Shown one piece after another: positions 12,419 through 25,491 of a stretch of DNA of 64,000 nucleotides. Each line of letters opens with the position of its first letter. The stretch's first letter is position 1. The stretch comes from Zootoca vivipara (taxonomy: Eukaryota). Below the pieces are notes generated by a model that ran no database searches, was not told where the DNA came from, and saw nothing but the letters and a program-made list of their open reading frames with translations. Made by a program: the position numbers and the translations under genes. The DNA lies in NCBI RefSeq assembly GCF_963506605.1, contig NC_083276.1, positions 52,700,001 through 52,764,000 on the forward strand, read 5' to 3'.

Positions 12419-14387
12419 CTGTGAATGCACAACCTGACCCACCCCATGGCTCTGATCTGTGGCTCCTGTACAGCTTCAGAGGCAAACCTGCCCCACCATG
12501 AAGCAAACTGAGTGTGGGTCTAAGGGTTTTTTAAAACACAGTCAGGAAGGGGTGGGCAGAGGATTGGATCCTCTTGCTTAATAGTTGTTAATTGGGACAA
12601 TCTAATCCTGCACAGTTCAGCTTCAGAGGCACTTTTATTTTTAGTCTTTCCCCTAATGATGCCTCACATGGGAGTTGCCTTTTTCAGAAGAGTCATGCAC
12701 TGGGTTGATGTTGCCATCTACTATGACCCCAAGCCATTCCTCACAGGGATGATCTGCAGCAAGCCAGCAAATTGCAAGGTTCAAACTCTTGCTGAGCCTA
12801 AATACATGCAAAATAACATGTGGTCGCTTTACTGTAATAAAACTGCTGGATTCAAATTGATCTGATTCAATATTAATCTGAATTCAGCCCAGTGCTGTTT
12901 TCAAAACAAGAATTTGCCCTTGCTTAAATGATTTGGCAGCTACACATAAACACGAACTGAGTTAGCTGAATATCAATCTCTCCTCATGATTGCCTTTCCT
13001 ACGTTTAGGGAAATGGTAATTAGAATTTCCTTTGTGTTTCTTCTTGGAGGTGAAGTAGAATTAAAACCTATTTATAAATATTTTAGTCTTGTAACCATGC
13101 TCAGAGCAATCAATTTGAGCTGCACTGTAAATATGCCCTCCATTATGTTAAAGGTTGCACATTTCTTAAGAGCATGCAAATATCTTTGCAACATCCTTGT
13201 TTGGGCTGCCCCCCTTGTTGTTCTCAAGCATAATTTTGCTTCTTTTGAATAGCTGCTGTTGATTCCATTGCACTTTCATTTTGTTATTTGTATGGATAGT
13301 CTACATGTCTTTTTTTTTTTGGTCTTGTGGCTGAATCTAACATTTTCGAGCCTCAGAAGGTGTTTACATGGATATGTCTTTTAGAAATGCAACATATAAT
13401 CATGGTCTTCAGAATAGAATATCAGCTCTCACTTTGAAACAGTTAATTAAAGTTGCTGGTGGGGGGGGGGCTGCAGCTTTGGATTCCCAACCTACTTAGA
13501 CCTCAGTAAGGCAGACAGAGAACAACCTGGTGAGTTAAGGATGGAGCCTGCAGAAAGTCTGGTTGGTTAGAGCTGGAGGAGGGACAGAGTCTGGTGTTTC
13601 ACGGGTGGGACCAGAGCAGGTTAGGAATGGAAATTCAATTTGGCAGAAACAGGCAGGGTCATTTATAATGTGGGAGAAATTTGAGTTCACTGACTTCTTA
13701 GACCTGGAAGAATATAGTGGTCAGAACAGAAAAGACCAGCAGGTTGGCAACTTTAAAAAATAGTGATTCATTAGCAACCCTTCTACAGTTGACTTGAGAA
13801 GGGTGGTATACAATTTCATGACACTCATGGAGAAAGACTCATCTGGAAATAAGATCTCATCCATGTATTCTGTAAATGGTCCCCTAGACTATGTTAGAGG
13901 GAACATGCTTGGGAAACATGCCTTGCTCTTTAATCCAACACATCTTTTTTTAGCACCCAATATTGGGACTTGCACCCTATGGAGAAATAAGTGTGCTCTT
14001 GATGCAGAGACACATCTCCTCAACAAAGTCAAATGCTCAACATAATTTTCTCTAGCTTTCAACAACTGCATCCATGAGTCACGAGTCAGTCCACTCATCA
14101 TTTTCTTTTGAATCCATGCAGTAAGATGAAATTTGTGGGCTGTGTATTGTTCCTCCACATTGTTGACTGGCAAAGCTAATTTGCCACCTGTATGGTACTT
14201 CTTATTTTTCATAGCTTTTATTTTGTTCTTACCTGGAGTCAGCATCATAAACAGTTTGAAAAACTCCATGGGGATAATCACCACTTTGCTTGAAATGAAA
14301 TGGAGAGTCACTAGCCACCAGCTACTCTTCTGTGTTTTATCTTCATTTTTTATTTTTTGAATATATACTTTGCTTTAGAAGTCTTAC

Positions 14388-14525
14388 TAGGAACACTGGA
14401 AGCTGCCTTATACTGAGTTTGACCATTTGTCCATTGAGCTCAGTACTGTCTACACAGACTGGCAACAGTCTCCAGGGCTTCAGACAAGGACTCTCTCCCA
14501 GCCCAACCTGGAAATGCCTGGGATT
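14388..14525 (-). mobile_element. tRNA-SINE fragment, same family as 9926-10120
   Basis: GGAAGCTGCCTTATACTGAGTTTGACCATT...CCTGGAAATGCC. Confidence 0.75.
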
Positions 14526-14568
14526 TTTAAATATACCAGTACTGTTAATGATCTCCCATGGCTCAGAT

Positions 14569-14754
14569 TTGTTGTTGTTGTTGTTTAGTCGTTTAGTCGT
14601 GTCCGACTCTTCGTGACCCTATGGACCATAGCACGCCAGGCACTCCTGTCTTCCACTGCCTCCCTCAGTTTGGTCAAACTCATGTTCGTAGCTTCGAGAA
14701 CACTATCCAACCATCTTGTCCCCTGTCGTCCCCTCCTCCTTGTGCCCTCCATCA
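14569..14754 (-). mobile_element. BovB (RTE) LINE 3' fragment
   Basis: Encodes EGTRRRGRQGTRWLDSV...LTKLREAVEDRSAWRAMVH. (AAC)n tail; 9-bp TSD GGCTCAGAT at 14560-14568 and 14755-14763. Confidence 0.93.
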
Positions 14755-15049
14755 GGCTCAGATACACAACTCAAATGCAGCAGGAGCTATATGTTCAGTA
14801 TTGCAGACCCAATTCTATCGAACTCCCTCCATCCTAAAGACTTTTCAGCAGTGTCAGGCTTCAGGGAATCGGCTTCTTCCTCCCCTTGGCAGTTGATAAG
14901 CAGAACAAAGGAAAAGGAGTTTTCTTACCAGTTAGAAACTTTGATGATCACAGCAAGAGAACAAAGAATCCATTTCCTAGGAATGATGGTGCTCCCAATT
15001 AAGGGTTCCACCCACTTTCTCCCTAGTTACCCACATCTCTGTCGCATCT

Positions 15050-15370
15050 TGTAACCTGAGCTCATAACCACTGTGCTTTCTGTGCTGCCACCTTATCAGC
15101 TCTTCTTGATCTTAGGCTGAGTGGATGAATGCTTTCCAGAGACAGCAAATCTGTTAACTCTCTCCTTCTCAGTGCTTCTTCTCCTAGTTGTTCCCCATCC
15201 AGTATCTCCCAGCTTCTGCCTTCTGAACTGTGTCTCTCTGCAAACCACTGTTCCAAATCTATACTGTCCTCTTGCTCCTGGGAAGATTCAGGGTCCTGTT
15301 CAGGAGCAGGGGGGAGAGGGAGGCTCCCACCATTCTTCCTCAGTGCAACCCTCCTCAACACGGTCCCTGA
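15050..15370 (-). mobile_element. Probable LTR-retrotransposon LTR fragment
   Basis: Purine-rich minus-strand tract starting TCAGGGACCGTG...GAGGAAGAATGGTGGGAGCC, resembling recalled lizard Gypsy LTR 5' parts. No intact termini. Confidence 0.4.
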
Positions 15371-16364
15371 TTTCAACTGATTTTTTCTTTATTGTAACTT
15401 TTAAAGCTTTATTCTACATCACTTGGAGACTATGGTGTTAAGGGGCATATAAATTATTGAGATAAATAAATAAAATGACGATGAAATGGTCGTGTGACTC
15501 AATCAAAATTGGTTATGGCACATATAGGCTTCAATCCACTTCTAGGAAAAGACAACTTAGCTTCGTGTAAGCATTAGGGCTCCAGGTTTGGATGCACTTC
15601 CTCACAGGCATCAATAGATGCATCCAGACAGTTAAATGAAGCTTGGAGTAGCATCACAACTGAAGAGATGCACACCTGCAATCACATCAGAATTCTGCAT
15701 GTAGATATCCTTATCTATATTGGGGTAGCAGATTCCAATTAGTTCATCCATCTAGATTTATTTGTAAGTGTATCCCTTTCCTAATGCTACTTAAATAAGA
15801 GCAGTGATATCTTTTGCACTTCTTTCTCTCCTTCTCTTAAATTGGCTGATTTACTTTTTCCACTCCCCCCCTTTTTTTGCCTTATGGCACACTCTTAGAC
15901 TTCCTCTTCAGCTAAATTCCAGTTGTGTAACCATAATCAGTACGATGCTCTGTAAATCATCTCTCAGCAGCAAAACCAATTTGTTATTTCTCCTTCTTTT
16001 TCGGGAGCTTGTCAGATAGTCCAACGCCATATGCAGTGGCACCTGATCAATAGCTAATTTGTTTAGAATGCCAAGGATCATTAGTGGTCTAATTCTGGCA
16101 TATGAGAGTATGAGTGTTCTCTGCTTGAAGCAAAGAACATGGGGGGATTCTGTTTGTAAATATGAAGGGCACTTTTATACGTTAGGGCGAGTGATGGTAG
16201 TTATCAAGGTCACATTATAGTGCCATTAACACAAAAGTATGTCTTTAACCATTCAAGAACTCAGTGACAGCTTGAATCAAAGCTAGGATATGTGGCACCA
16301 TCAGCTAATCTTCATCCACAGATCTAAGTGACTGAGTTAGGATGTAGGGGGAGAGGCGACACCC

Positions 16365-16897
16365 ACCAGCCATGATGGCTATGTTCTACCTCCATTGTCA
16401 AAGGCAGTATGTCACAAATAGGGAGAGTATTATTATTGAGAGTCCCATGGACTGCAAGAAGATCAAACCTATCCATTCTGAAGGAAATCAGCCCTGAGTG
16501 TTCACTGGAAGGACAGATCGTGAAGCTGAGGCTCCAATACTTTGGCCACCTCATGAGAAGAGAAGGCTCCCTGGAAAAGACCCTGATGTTGGGAAAGATT
16601 GAGGGCACAAAGAGAAGGGGATGGCAGAGGACGAGATGGTTGGACAGTGTTCTCAAAGCTACGAACATGAGTCTGACCAAACTGCGGGAGGCAGTGGAAG
16701 ACAGGAGTGCCTGATATGCTCTGGTACATGGGGTCACGAAGAGTCGGACACGGCTAAACGACTAAACAACAACATTATTGCACTCGTGTCCTGCTTGTGA
16801 GTTTCCCATTGACAACTGGTTGGCCACTGTGAGACCAGAATGCTGGAGGTGATATTCCTTTTGTCTGGTTCAGCAGGCCTCTTCCTATGTTCTTATG
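16365..16897 (+). mobile_element. CR1 3' UTR fragment interrupted by BovB
   Basis: CCATGATGGCTATGTTCTACCTCC on the left, and TTGCACTCGTGTCCTGCTTG...GGTTGGCCACTGTGAG...CTTCCTATGTTCTTATG on the right of the BovB. Confidence 0.7.
16439..16773 (+). mobile_element. BovB LINE 3' fragment
   Basis: Encodes LRVPWTARRSN.SILKEISPECSLEGQIVKLRLQYFGHLMRR...LEKTLMLGKIEG. (AAC)n tail; TSD ATTATTG at 16432-16438 and 16774-16780. Confidence 0.95.
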
Positions 16898-18341
16898 TCA
16901 CCCTCATAATTCACTCAAGGGTGGATGAATGACTAGATAAATAAATAAATACACAGCCCCCTTAATCTGAATAGGAGACCTGACTCTTTTTATAGAGAAT
17001 GTACTCATCTTTTTAACCTTGTAGAAGAGGGTGAGAAACAACCCATTGCCAAGGGGAGAAAGAGCTAAGAAAGCTACCTGTCTGTAAACTATTTCAAAGG
17101 AAGGGTCACTCAATGCTTTTGAGGTTAAAAAGAGATAAACTCTTTCCATGTGATAGCATCATTGTTCATCTCTCTGGGGACACGCTTTAGATAAACTGGT
17201 TTAATTTTTGTGTGTGTATGTTTAAGATTGTCATTGTGTGTCCTGGGCAGATTGCCCTCCAAGATACATGTGACCTGTAAATGTTAGTTTATGTTTGTGC
17301 CAAGAAAGGGGATGAGTGAGAAGCAGTTATTTACAAATAAAAAAATTCTAAAGAAAGTAATGACTTATGACAAGGTCTGCTATCCCCTGGAAGAAAGTGC
17401 ATGGCAGTGGCATTTTTTTTGTGTGGGGGTGGGGAGATGTCTTTAAGCTGCTACAAAACCTATATCATTCCATCTGACAATTCTGACTGAAGCTCTGACA
17501 GAAGAATAAGGAAGTGATTGCTGAGACAATCCATCCATCACATTGCAAAGGTATTAGCAAATATAAATATGGCAGTGATGAAGCACATGGCCCCTAGGAC
17601 AACCTCAAGCACAGAAAAATAGCTGGAGACATCTCCCTTTCTGTTGATTACATTGTCATGTTTCAGAGCAATGCTGGAAGTGTAATGCTCTGAATACTCT
17701 GCCTTCCAGTGTAGTAAGCTAAAACACAATTCTGTGTTGATATTTTCTTGATGCAACTTGAAAGGAGTGTCTGATCACCCAAGGTTGATGTGGCAACGGA
17801 CAATGCAGGGCAATTTCCTCAACTGATATTCAGATTTGTTCTGTGTTGTGTCACTGTAGCCACAATCAGGCACCATAAATGCAAAAGAAAATTCCAGCAC
17901 ATGGATGTACAATAAATGCACTTATAAATAACTCATTGATTTAAGTGGTGCTTTATCAGAGGCAATTGCAGCCTTAGTGGGGCAATGTCAGCTGAAAGAG
18001 GCCCTGTGGAAAGCTGCGGTGAAACTTTGTAGAAAAAAAAAGATATAGACATGCAGAGGAAGGAAAAGGAAACAGCTACATAGTTCTTAAAGGTATCCCT
18101 TCAAAAAGCAATCAAGGCCATACATAGGAGCCATGCACCTGCCAGAAAACCCCTGCTGTCTAGCTCTAGACAAAGGAGTAAAAAGGCACATGTCAGGAGG
18201 ATGCAGGAGTTTCTGTGACCTTTCATGCTGCTGCTCTCCTTGCTAACTCAAAGACAAAAGTGAGCCAGAGATAACATGATGAAATGACAGTAGCTGTGGA
18301 CTCAGATGCTCCCAGCAACTGCAGAAAAGGCTGGATAGTGG

Positions 18342-18672
18342 AACAACAACAACAACAACAACAACATATTATTATTTATACCCCACCCATCTGTCTGGGT
18401 TTCCCCAGCCACTCTGGGCGGCTTCAAACAAAATATTAAAATACAATGATCTGTTAAACATTAAAAGCTTCCCTAAACAGGGCTGCCTTCAGATGTCTTC
18501 TAAAAGTCTGGTAGATGTTGTTCTCTTTGACATCTGGTGGGAGGGCGTTCCACAGGGTGGGTGCCACTACCGAGAAGGCCCTCTGCCTGGTTCCCTGTAA
18601 CTGGAACTCAGTGTCCGGGCAGAATGATGGGGGTGGGGGTGGAGACGCTGCTTCAGGTATACTGGACCGAGG
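18342..18672 (-). mobile_element. L2 LINE 3' fragment (internally deleted) with adjacent (AAC)n
   Basis: Reverse complement of the L2 3' end at ~55160-55514. Confidence 0.9.
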
Positions 18673-19943
18673 CTGTCAGGAAGAGGTCCCTGTGATACAT
18701 ATGCATATAGCTATAGCTATGGATATAGATGATATAGATATAGCACCAGGGAGGAGATAAATAGCAAGAGACTAAGCAGATACTTCAAGGATTTAAAGAC
18801 CACGGACAGCTACAAAGCAAGGAAAGTGAAACAGAGAAATGATGAGAGAAAGGGTTGGATTATGTGGAGAAGGGAAGGGAAGGGTTAAGGAACAGGGTTA
18901 GTAAGGCCAGTACTGACCTTGGAGAGAGAAAGGAGAAAGTGCAGGGGTAGGGAGGAGGAAAACAGTAAGTGATAGAAAACCTTAAAGGCAGTTAGTAGAA
19001 ATGGCTGCTTTACAGAAAATGAGCAAGTTTACAGGTCTTGTCATGAACAGCATACCTAAGCCTATAGTGAGATGGTGGGGATGGAGCACCATTGCTCTCC
19101 TGGCTTCCCAACACAGCAGGCTGCTTACTGAAAGGGGAGGTGCAAGATGTGGGGAGCTTGGACTGTCTTGGCATGGGGTGAAGGGAGACTCCAATTGGCT
19201 CCACTACCTCCACACCTCCCCTCTGTGTGTCTCAGTAAGCACCGATGACTTGCTTTGTTGGGAAAGCAACAGTGACCTCACCCATCTTGTGAAGGTCCCA
19301 CTGTGTGGTGTCTAATAAGAACAGACAACTTCAGGTTGTGAGGATCCTGAGGGTGTTAAGGAGTACAATTCTTACGAAAAGGTCCTCTCTCCCTCCCCAC
19401 ACCATGGTATAGGCTACTTGACATTCTGAATGCTATATTTGTTTACTCTGCAATTGCTGGTCTTCCACTGTAGTTGGTGATGTTTTCCTTTTTCTTTTTG
19501 GTTACATTACAGATAAACTAGAAAAATAATAATTTACCCAAAATAGGCAGGAAACAACTCAGCAACTGCACTGAACGAAATGGCAAGCTGGACACAGTAT
19601 TGCTTCTCCGTGTTCATGCACATTTCTTTGGTTACATGTGTTCTAGAGGCAAAGTGGATTCATTCTCCCACTCATAGATTTAGCATCTAGAGAAACTGGA
19701 GAGGGAAGTTGAACCCTGGAGAATGACAACACTGGCACCACACTCTAAATTTGGACAAGGCATCTCCAAAAGGTAAAAATAAGGACAGTGAATGACCACC
19801 AAGTAGGCATTCTTCCTGGTTAATAGGACAGTTGCTGCATTTGGAATACAGATTTCCCTTCTTAGCTCTCTAGATTGACTCTTTCCCCGGGGTTGGGGAA
19901 TAGCCTATAAAATGTACAAATTAACAACAATTGGTGTATGTCT

Positions 19944-20278
19944 GGCCTTGGTCCAGTATACCTGAAGGAGAACCCCCATTGTTCTGCCCGGACACTGAGG
20001 TCCAGTACCGAGGGCCTTCTGGCAGTTCCCTCATTGCGAGAAGCCAAGTTGCAGGGAACCAGACAGAGGGCCTTCTCAGTAGTGGCACCCGCCTGTGGAA
20101 TGCCCTCCCATCAGATGTCAAAGAAATAAAGAACTATATGAAATTTAGAATATATCTGAAGGCAGCCCTGTTTAGGGAGGCTTTTAATGTTTAATAGATT
20201 ATTTTATTTCATTTTCTGTTGGAAGCTGCCCAGAGTGGCTGGGGAGACCCAGCCAGATGGGCAGGGTATAAATAATAA

Positions 20279-20320
<42 letters not shown>
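19944..20320 (+). mobile_element. L2 LINE 3' fragment
   Basis: Encodes GLGPVYLKE...RTLRSS.EGLLAVPSLREAKLQGTRQRAFSV and ends in a long (TTA)n tail. Confidence 0.93.
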
Positions 20321-20694
20321 TGGAAACTTTAAGCAGATATATTCATTTATACCTGTTTAATCCTTACAACCTTAATCAAAGCCATAACATACCCCAATCC
20401 TCTGAGTTCAATGTCCTATATATATATGCAACACATATATTTCTAGTCAGTATTAAGCCATTTTGTCTCAAAGATTATATAATTCTCTGACTATCTAGCA
20501 TATGTGTGCATGCTTTTATTCTAGAGCGGTTCTGAAGGTTTTTGGATCAATTTTTTTGGGGGGGGACAGGGCAGGGGAGGGGGGGGAATGAAGTTGCCAC
20601 TGTTGATCTTTGATGCATTTCTTATTGCTCTTCACCATAATATCCAAGAGAAGGTTACAATGATAGAAAAACACAATAAGAAGACTAGAGTGGA

Positions 20695-20757
20695 TCTATA
20701 TCTATATCTATATCTATATCTATATCTATATCTATATCTATATCTATATCTATATAT
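20695..20757. repeat. (TATATC)n microsatellite
   Basis: Seen directly. Confidence 0.95.
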
Positions 20758-20906
20758 CTTTATCTATTATTTGTCAAAGCCCAGGGTCAATTTGTTATTG
20801 GAGGAGGGGAAAGTAGCGATGGATGGATCAGTCACTTTCTCATCTGTGTTACTTCCCCATACAGTCAATGCAGTTAGTTCTATACTGTATGTGCTGATTC
20901 TCTACC

Positions 20907-21046
20907 CCAGCCTTCCCCAGCATGGTGCCCTTCCAAAGTTGTTGGACTACAGCTCCCTTCATTCTTGACCATTGGACCTGCTGGCTGGGGTTGATGACTG
21001 CTGGAGTCCAACAACCTGGAGAGCTCCACATTGGGGGGATGCTGAG
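20907..21046. mobile_element. Degenerate hAT MITE (136-bp family)
   Basis: CAGCCTTCCCCA...GTTGGACTACAGCTCCC...GGAGTCCAACAACCTGG...GGGGGATGCTG, with palindromic arms. Confidence 0.65.
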
Positions 21047-24000
21047 GAATGCTACTAATATCCCAGTAGTAAAACAACACACATTTGTGCACCTCCTTTA
21101 GCAAACCGTTCCTAAGCTTAGGAATAACAGTGGGGAGAAAGGGTCAGCCCTATAGCTCTCCAGCAACTTGAGTTCTAGTCCTCTGGATTAATATGAACAT
21201 GGGTAGTTTTTATTGAAGATCTGGCTTTTTTGCATTCTGTGTGGGTTGTTTTTTGTGTAATAGAAAGGAACCATAACATGCTATCTCTAAAAGCGTTAAA
21301 ATAGTAATAAACTGTGAATATAATTTTTTTTAAGCATGAAAAGTGTCATACTACCTTAGGGCGACTTGGCAGAACTACTTCTGTCTTGATAACCCATGGA
21401 ATTTGATTCGTAGAGACATGCATTTCAGTTTCCACTGCATATGTGGTCAAATGAATATATGTACCTTGTAGGTAAAAAAAGATATACACAGATGACATTC
21501 TGAACCAACAGATGAATGATGGATAAGATAGAAAGATGATCATGCCTGGTGAGAGACTGAAGACTGACTAATAGCATGTGTACTGTATAATATAAATCCT
21601 ATACATAGAGTCAGAGGCAAAAGAAAAGGGAGGGGGTGTTATAGATATGTTTGCACATCTTAAAACAACAAACACTTCAATATGATTTATTTAGTCAGGA
21701 TAGGCTAAAAACTCAGTGGCATAATAACAGGACCATTTGTCTTAGCAAGTATCTTGTTATTGGTGATCAATAATGTAGCTAAGATGATTGATTGCTTTGT
21801 TTTCTTGTGGTGCCTCAGCCACTCTAAATTATTTATTTGACATGGTGCCTCCTGGTAAATTCAAGGAACCGGTGATCATAAGTTTGTACTGTTGTGTAAT
21901 ACTAATATGCTTTAGCAGATATAGGGCCTTTTCTAGATTGAGATATACATAGAGGTATAATATAAGATAAAGTCTTGCTAATTATCCATGGCATATTATG
22001 CTCAATTGGAAAGAACAGCGTAATGCTGTTTTAAGCTGCCTTCATTTGTCTCTTATGACTAGTGGCAGGATACACTGGTGAACATGAGAAACACGGTGGC
22101 AATCACGGCTAGCATTGATGGCTTTAAAAGTTAATAGATAAATCCATGGGAAATAGAACTACCTTAGTCATGACAGTGAAGAATGAAACCAGCACATGCA
22201 GAAACACTATAGCCCTGCCCATTTCTACTGTCATTGCCTATGGGTGTCTTCTTCTATGGAATAAAATAGTTCTGTACTGTTCAGGACACAAATGCCTTGT
22301 CAATGTAGTGTACAAAATTCCAGAATTAAAACTTAATGAGATGTGACATCATCAAACTAAAAGCACATTAGATCCCCTTGCTACTATTACTTACTGCTAC
22401 TTTTGATGATGATGGAGATAGTTTTGTTGTTAGACCGGGATAAGTTGAAGAACCTGTGGCTCTCTAGATGTTGCTGGACTCCAGCTTTAATCAGCCCCAG
22501 CCAACATGGTCATCTTCAGAAAGTCCTTGTTTCCATTGTTCCCACATAAATGTTGCCATTCACAAATGGCCATCAACTAGCAAGTGCTTTCAGGTTTTTT
22601 AGCAATGCAAACATAGACCAGCTTCCATATTTTGTTTAATGCTAATCTGCAGGACAGAATGGAAACATCCACATATGTCACTTCTAATATACTTAATCAC
22701 AATTGCTTGACACTGAGCCATACTAATCCATTTAATTTTATAAACTGAAATAAATAACAATAGTCATATGTATATAAACCAGGCCTAGCTGTGATTCATG
22801 CTGTTGATCAGACCTAAACATGCTCTTGAATGAAAAGTTCAACTAATACTGGGATATCAGAATTCAGACCTCAAATTCCTTGGTCTTTTTCAACTTGGTC
22901 ATTAGAAATTTCACTAGAAATCAAAACAGGAGAGTATTGTAAATTGAAAAAAAACTTCTTGTATTTTGAATGGATAGTTTCAATGTGCTAATGGGGTTGC
23001 TTAACTCATCACTAAACAAAGGAAAAGTCTGTTCACATGCCACTTGTAACAGCTGTTAAATATTAGGAAGTATCTCAAGTAAATAAAGGCAGCTTTCTCA
23101 GAATATGTTCATCCCTGGAACACAGGTAAAGCAGAAATCCTTTAATTATGCCAGCTATAAGCCCTGCTAAATTCACAGTTATTTACAGTAATGGAACCAC
23201 TATAGCTTCTTTCCCCCTGGGGTGATACATTTGACAGTGGTAGCTGGCATTAAGTACTATGCAAACCCTCTCTATAGCTCTGTCAAAGCACCTTGCATTT
23301 GAGCTACATCAAGAGATCATTTAAATCCTAGCTCCCATAAAGCTCTCATTTCTAATACAACTTGGATCCTTTCCAGCCCTTTAGCCTTGTTGAGGCATTG
23401 CTGTTTTGTAATCAGCGGGAGGCAGAAATTAAAGCTCTGATTCCACACAGCATTTACCAGGAGGGAAAGTCTGTTTCTGTGGAAGTCACATCAAGTTCTA
23501 AAAAGTGTACTCATGATTGCAACCTTCAATCAGCAAAGGCCTCTGCATTTGGTGTGTTTTAAAGTGAGTCCTGTATTTCCCTGCTTCAATGAAATGGAAC
23601 TTTAATTAGCCATTTCTTCTTCTTTCCTGGCAAATTAATCCCTAATTAATCTTTCCTCTTTGCAGTCAGAGCAATCACATTATTTTCTTATTTTAAATTT
23701 TACTTCTATTAGTGCAACACATCAGTGAAAAAAATGAACTAAAAATAACTGGTTGGTTTTCTTTTTCTTTTTTTAAAAATAGTGGGTTTACAAATCTTCT
23801 AAAATGGTAGATTTCAATTTATGTGGTGATTCAGTACAGTACTGTTTTAGCTCCATGGATTTTCCCCTCTTATATTGTGTTTCTAATGCTGCGCTTGTTT
23901 TGACCCTGAAGTTGTGTTTTAAGCACTGCATCTTCCTGTGTTTTAATTGAAATTGTGATTATTATTTTTTATACCTTGCTCTTTCTTCTTGTTGTTGTAA

Positions 24001-24257
24001 GCTGTCCAGAGGACCTCTGTTAGAAGGCAGCCTATATAAATAGTATAAAACAAGTTGACAGATGTACAGATTGAGAAGAGAGACAGAAAAAGGCAAAAGC
24101 CTTTCTATGAGAGAAGCAGTGGTACAGACAACAAATGACTTACTTTCTTATCTCTGTGGCTGCAATCTCCTAGGTGACATGAATGCTGTTATGCAGCTGA
24201 ATGCCCATGCACACTCCGTCAGTTTCCCTCCCACCCCTCTCCATGTGGCCCTGTGCA

Positions 24258-24395
24258 CTGGCAACCCACGCTACGCCACTGTGGTAGCTCCAGATGTTGT
24301 TCAACTCCAGCTCCCATTAGTCCCAGACAGCATGGCAAATGGTCAGGGATGCTGGGAGTTGTAGTCCAGCAACATCTGATGGTTCTCCGCTCCTG
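24258..24395. mobile_element. Degenerate hAT MITE (136-bp family)
   Basis: CTCCAGATGTTGTTCAACTCCAGCTCCCA...TGGGAGTTGTAGTCCAGCAACATCTG. Similar partial copies lie at ~22435-22512 and ~36385-36500. Confidence 0.6.
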
Positions 24396-25098
24396 GTGTA
24401 TGGGCATACATAGTTCTGGGATAAATTCTATTAGGACATATGGAAGTTTGAGGTGTTCAAGGCTGTCTTAATTTGTACTTTTCAATAGCACCGAGAGATA
24501 TATCAGGATGTGCTGTAAAACACATTCGTGTCTCAGATGCCAACGCTCATTGTCCCCTTGCCTCGAGCAACTTTTGTTTAAATTTTCTATGCACATTGAA
24601 TGACTGTGCGTAGCAAAGGTGAGGCAGACTGGACAATTACTGTGGAAACTGAGAACAATTAGTTCTTATTTGCTTAACACAGTTTCCTAATGTGTAGCTG
24701 TAAAACTTTTCACAGGATCTTTTAAATACAATTGATTTTCCCGAGCCGTTTCCTAATATTTCAAAGCGAATGCAGGACCTGACAATTGCAATCAAGCTAA
24801 TGCTGGTCGATAGCCATTTTCTTTTAGTTAAATAGGAACAATCAGGAATACAAGCAGAGACTTCACTGAGAGTGATTGTATATTTGTCTGTTTGATGAGC
24901 TGGTGCATCATATGCATGGTGGAACATGTTGAATTTTGGGAGAATGCATTTCAGAAAGTTCAGCAACATAGAAATGCTCCACCGCTTTGTGCAACAGTTC
25001 TCTGAAGTTAGCTCTCTTCCAGTTCCTGGCTTTTCCCTTGCTTTTATGTTATTATTCTGGACAGAGGTCTCATCCTTTTGCCTCCCCCCCAATTCTTT

Positions 25099-25424
25099 CC
25101 ACAGAGCCTAGGGCTTGCCGATCAGAATGTCGGCGGTTTGAATCCCCGCGACGGGGTGAGCTCCCGTTGCTTGGTCCCAGCTCCTGCCAACCTAGCAGTT
25201 TGAAAGCACGTCAAAGTGCAAGTAGATAAAAAGGTACCGGCACAGCGGGAAGGTAAATGGCGTTTCCGTGTGCTGCTCTGGTTCACCAGAAGCAGCTTTG
25301 TCATGCTGGCCACATGACCTGGAAGCTGTATGCTGGCTCCCTCAGCCAATAAAGCGAGATGAGCGCTGCAACCCCAGAGTCGGTCATGACTGGACCTAAT
25401 GGTCAGGGGTCCCTTTACCTTTAC
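25099..25424 (+). mobile_element. Sauria SINE (5'-truncated)
   Basis: CCACAGAGCCTAGGGCTTGCCGATCAG...GGTCAGGGGTCCCTTTACCTTTAC. Confidence 0.93.
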
Positions 25425-25425
25425 A

Positions 25426-25491
25426 TGATGTTGTTGACATCCGTCTGTCTTGAAACACAATGGAGTGCGCCTCCAGGGGTGAAGTCAAACT
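25426..25491 (-). mobile_element. RTE-type 3' end fragment, tail to tail with the SINE
   Basis: The reverse complement AGTTTGACTTCACCCCTGGAGGCGCACTCCATTG...CAACAAC matches 38034-38091. Confidence 0.65.

Noticed and set aside
21355-22255. Two putative minus-strand exons (MTVEMGRAIVFLHVLVSFFTVMTK and GTYIHLTTYAVETE...PSRPK), each ending AAG|GTAG
   Set aside because: The phases are incompatible (joining gives an immediate stop), the acceptor is weak (AAG) and I recognise no protein.
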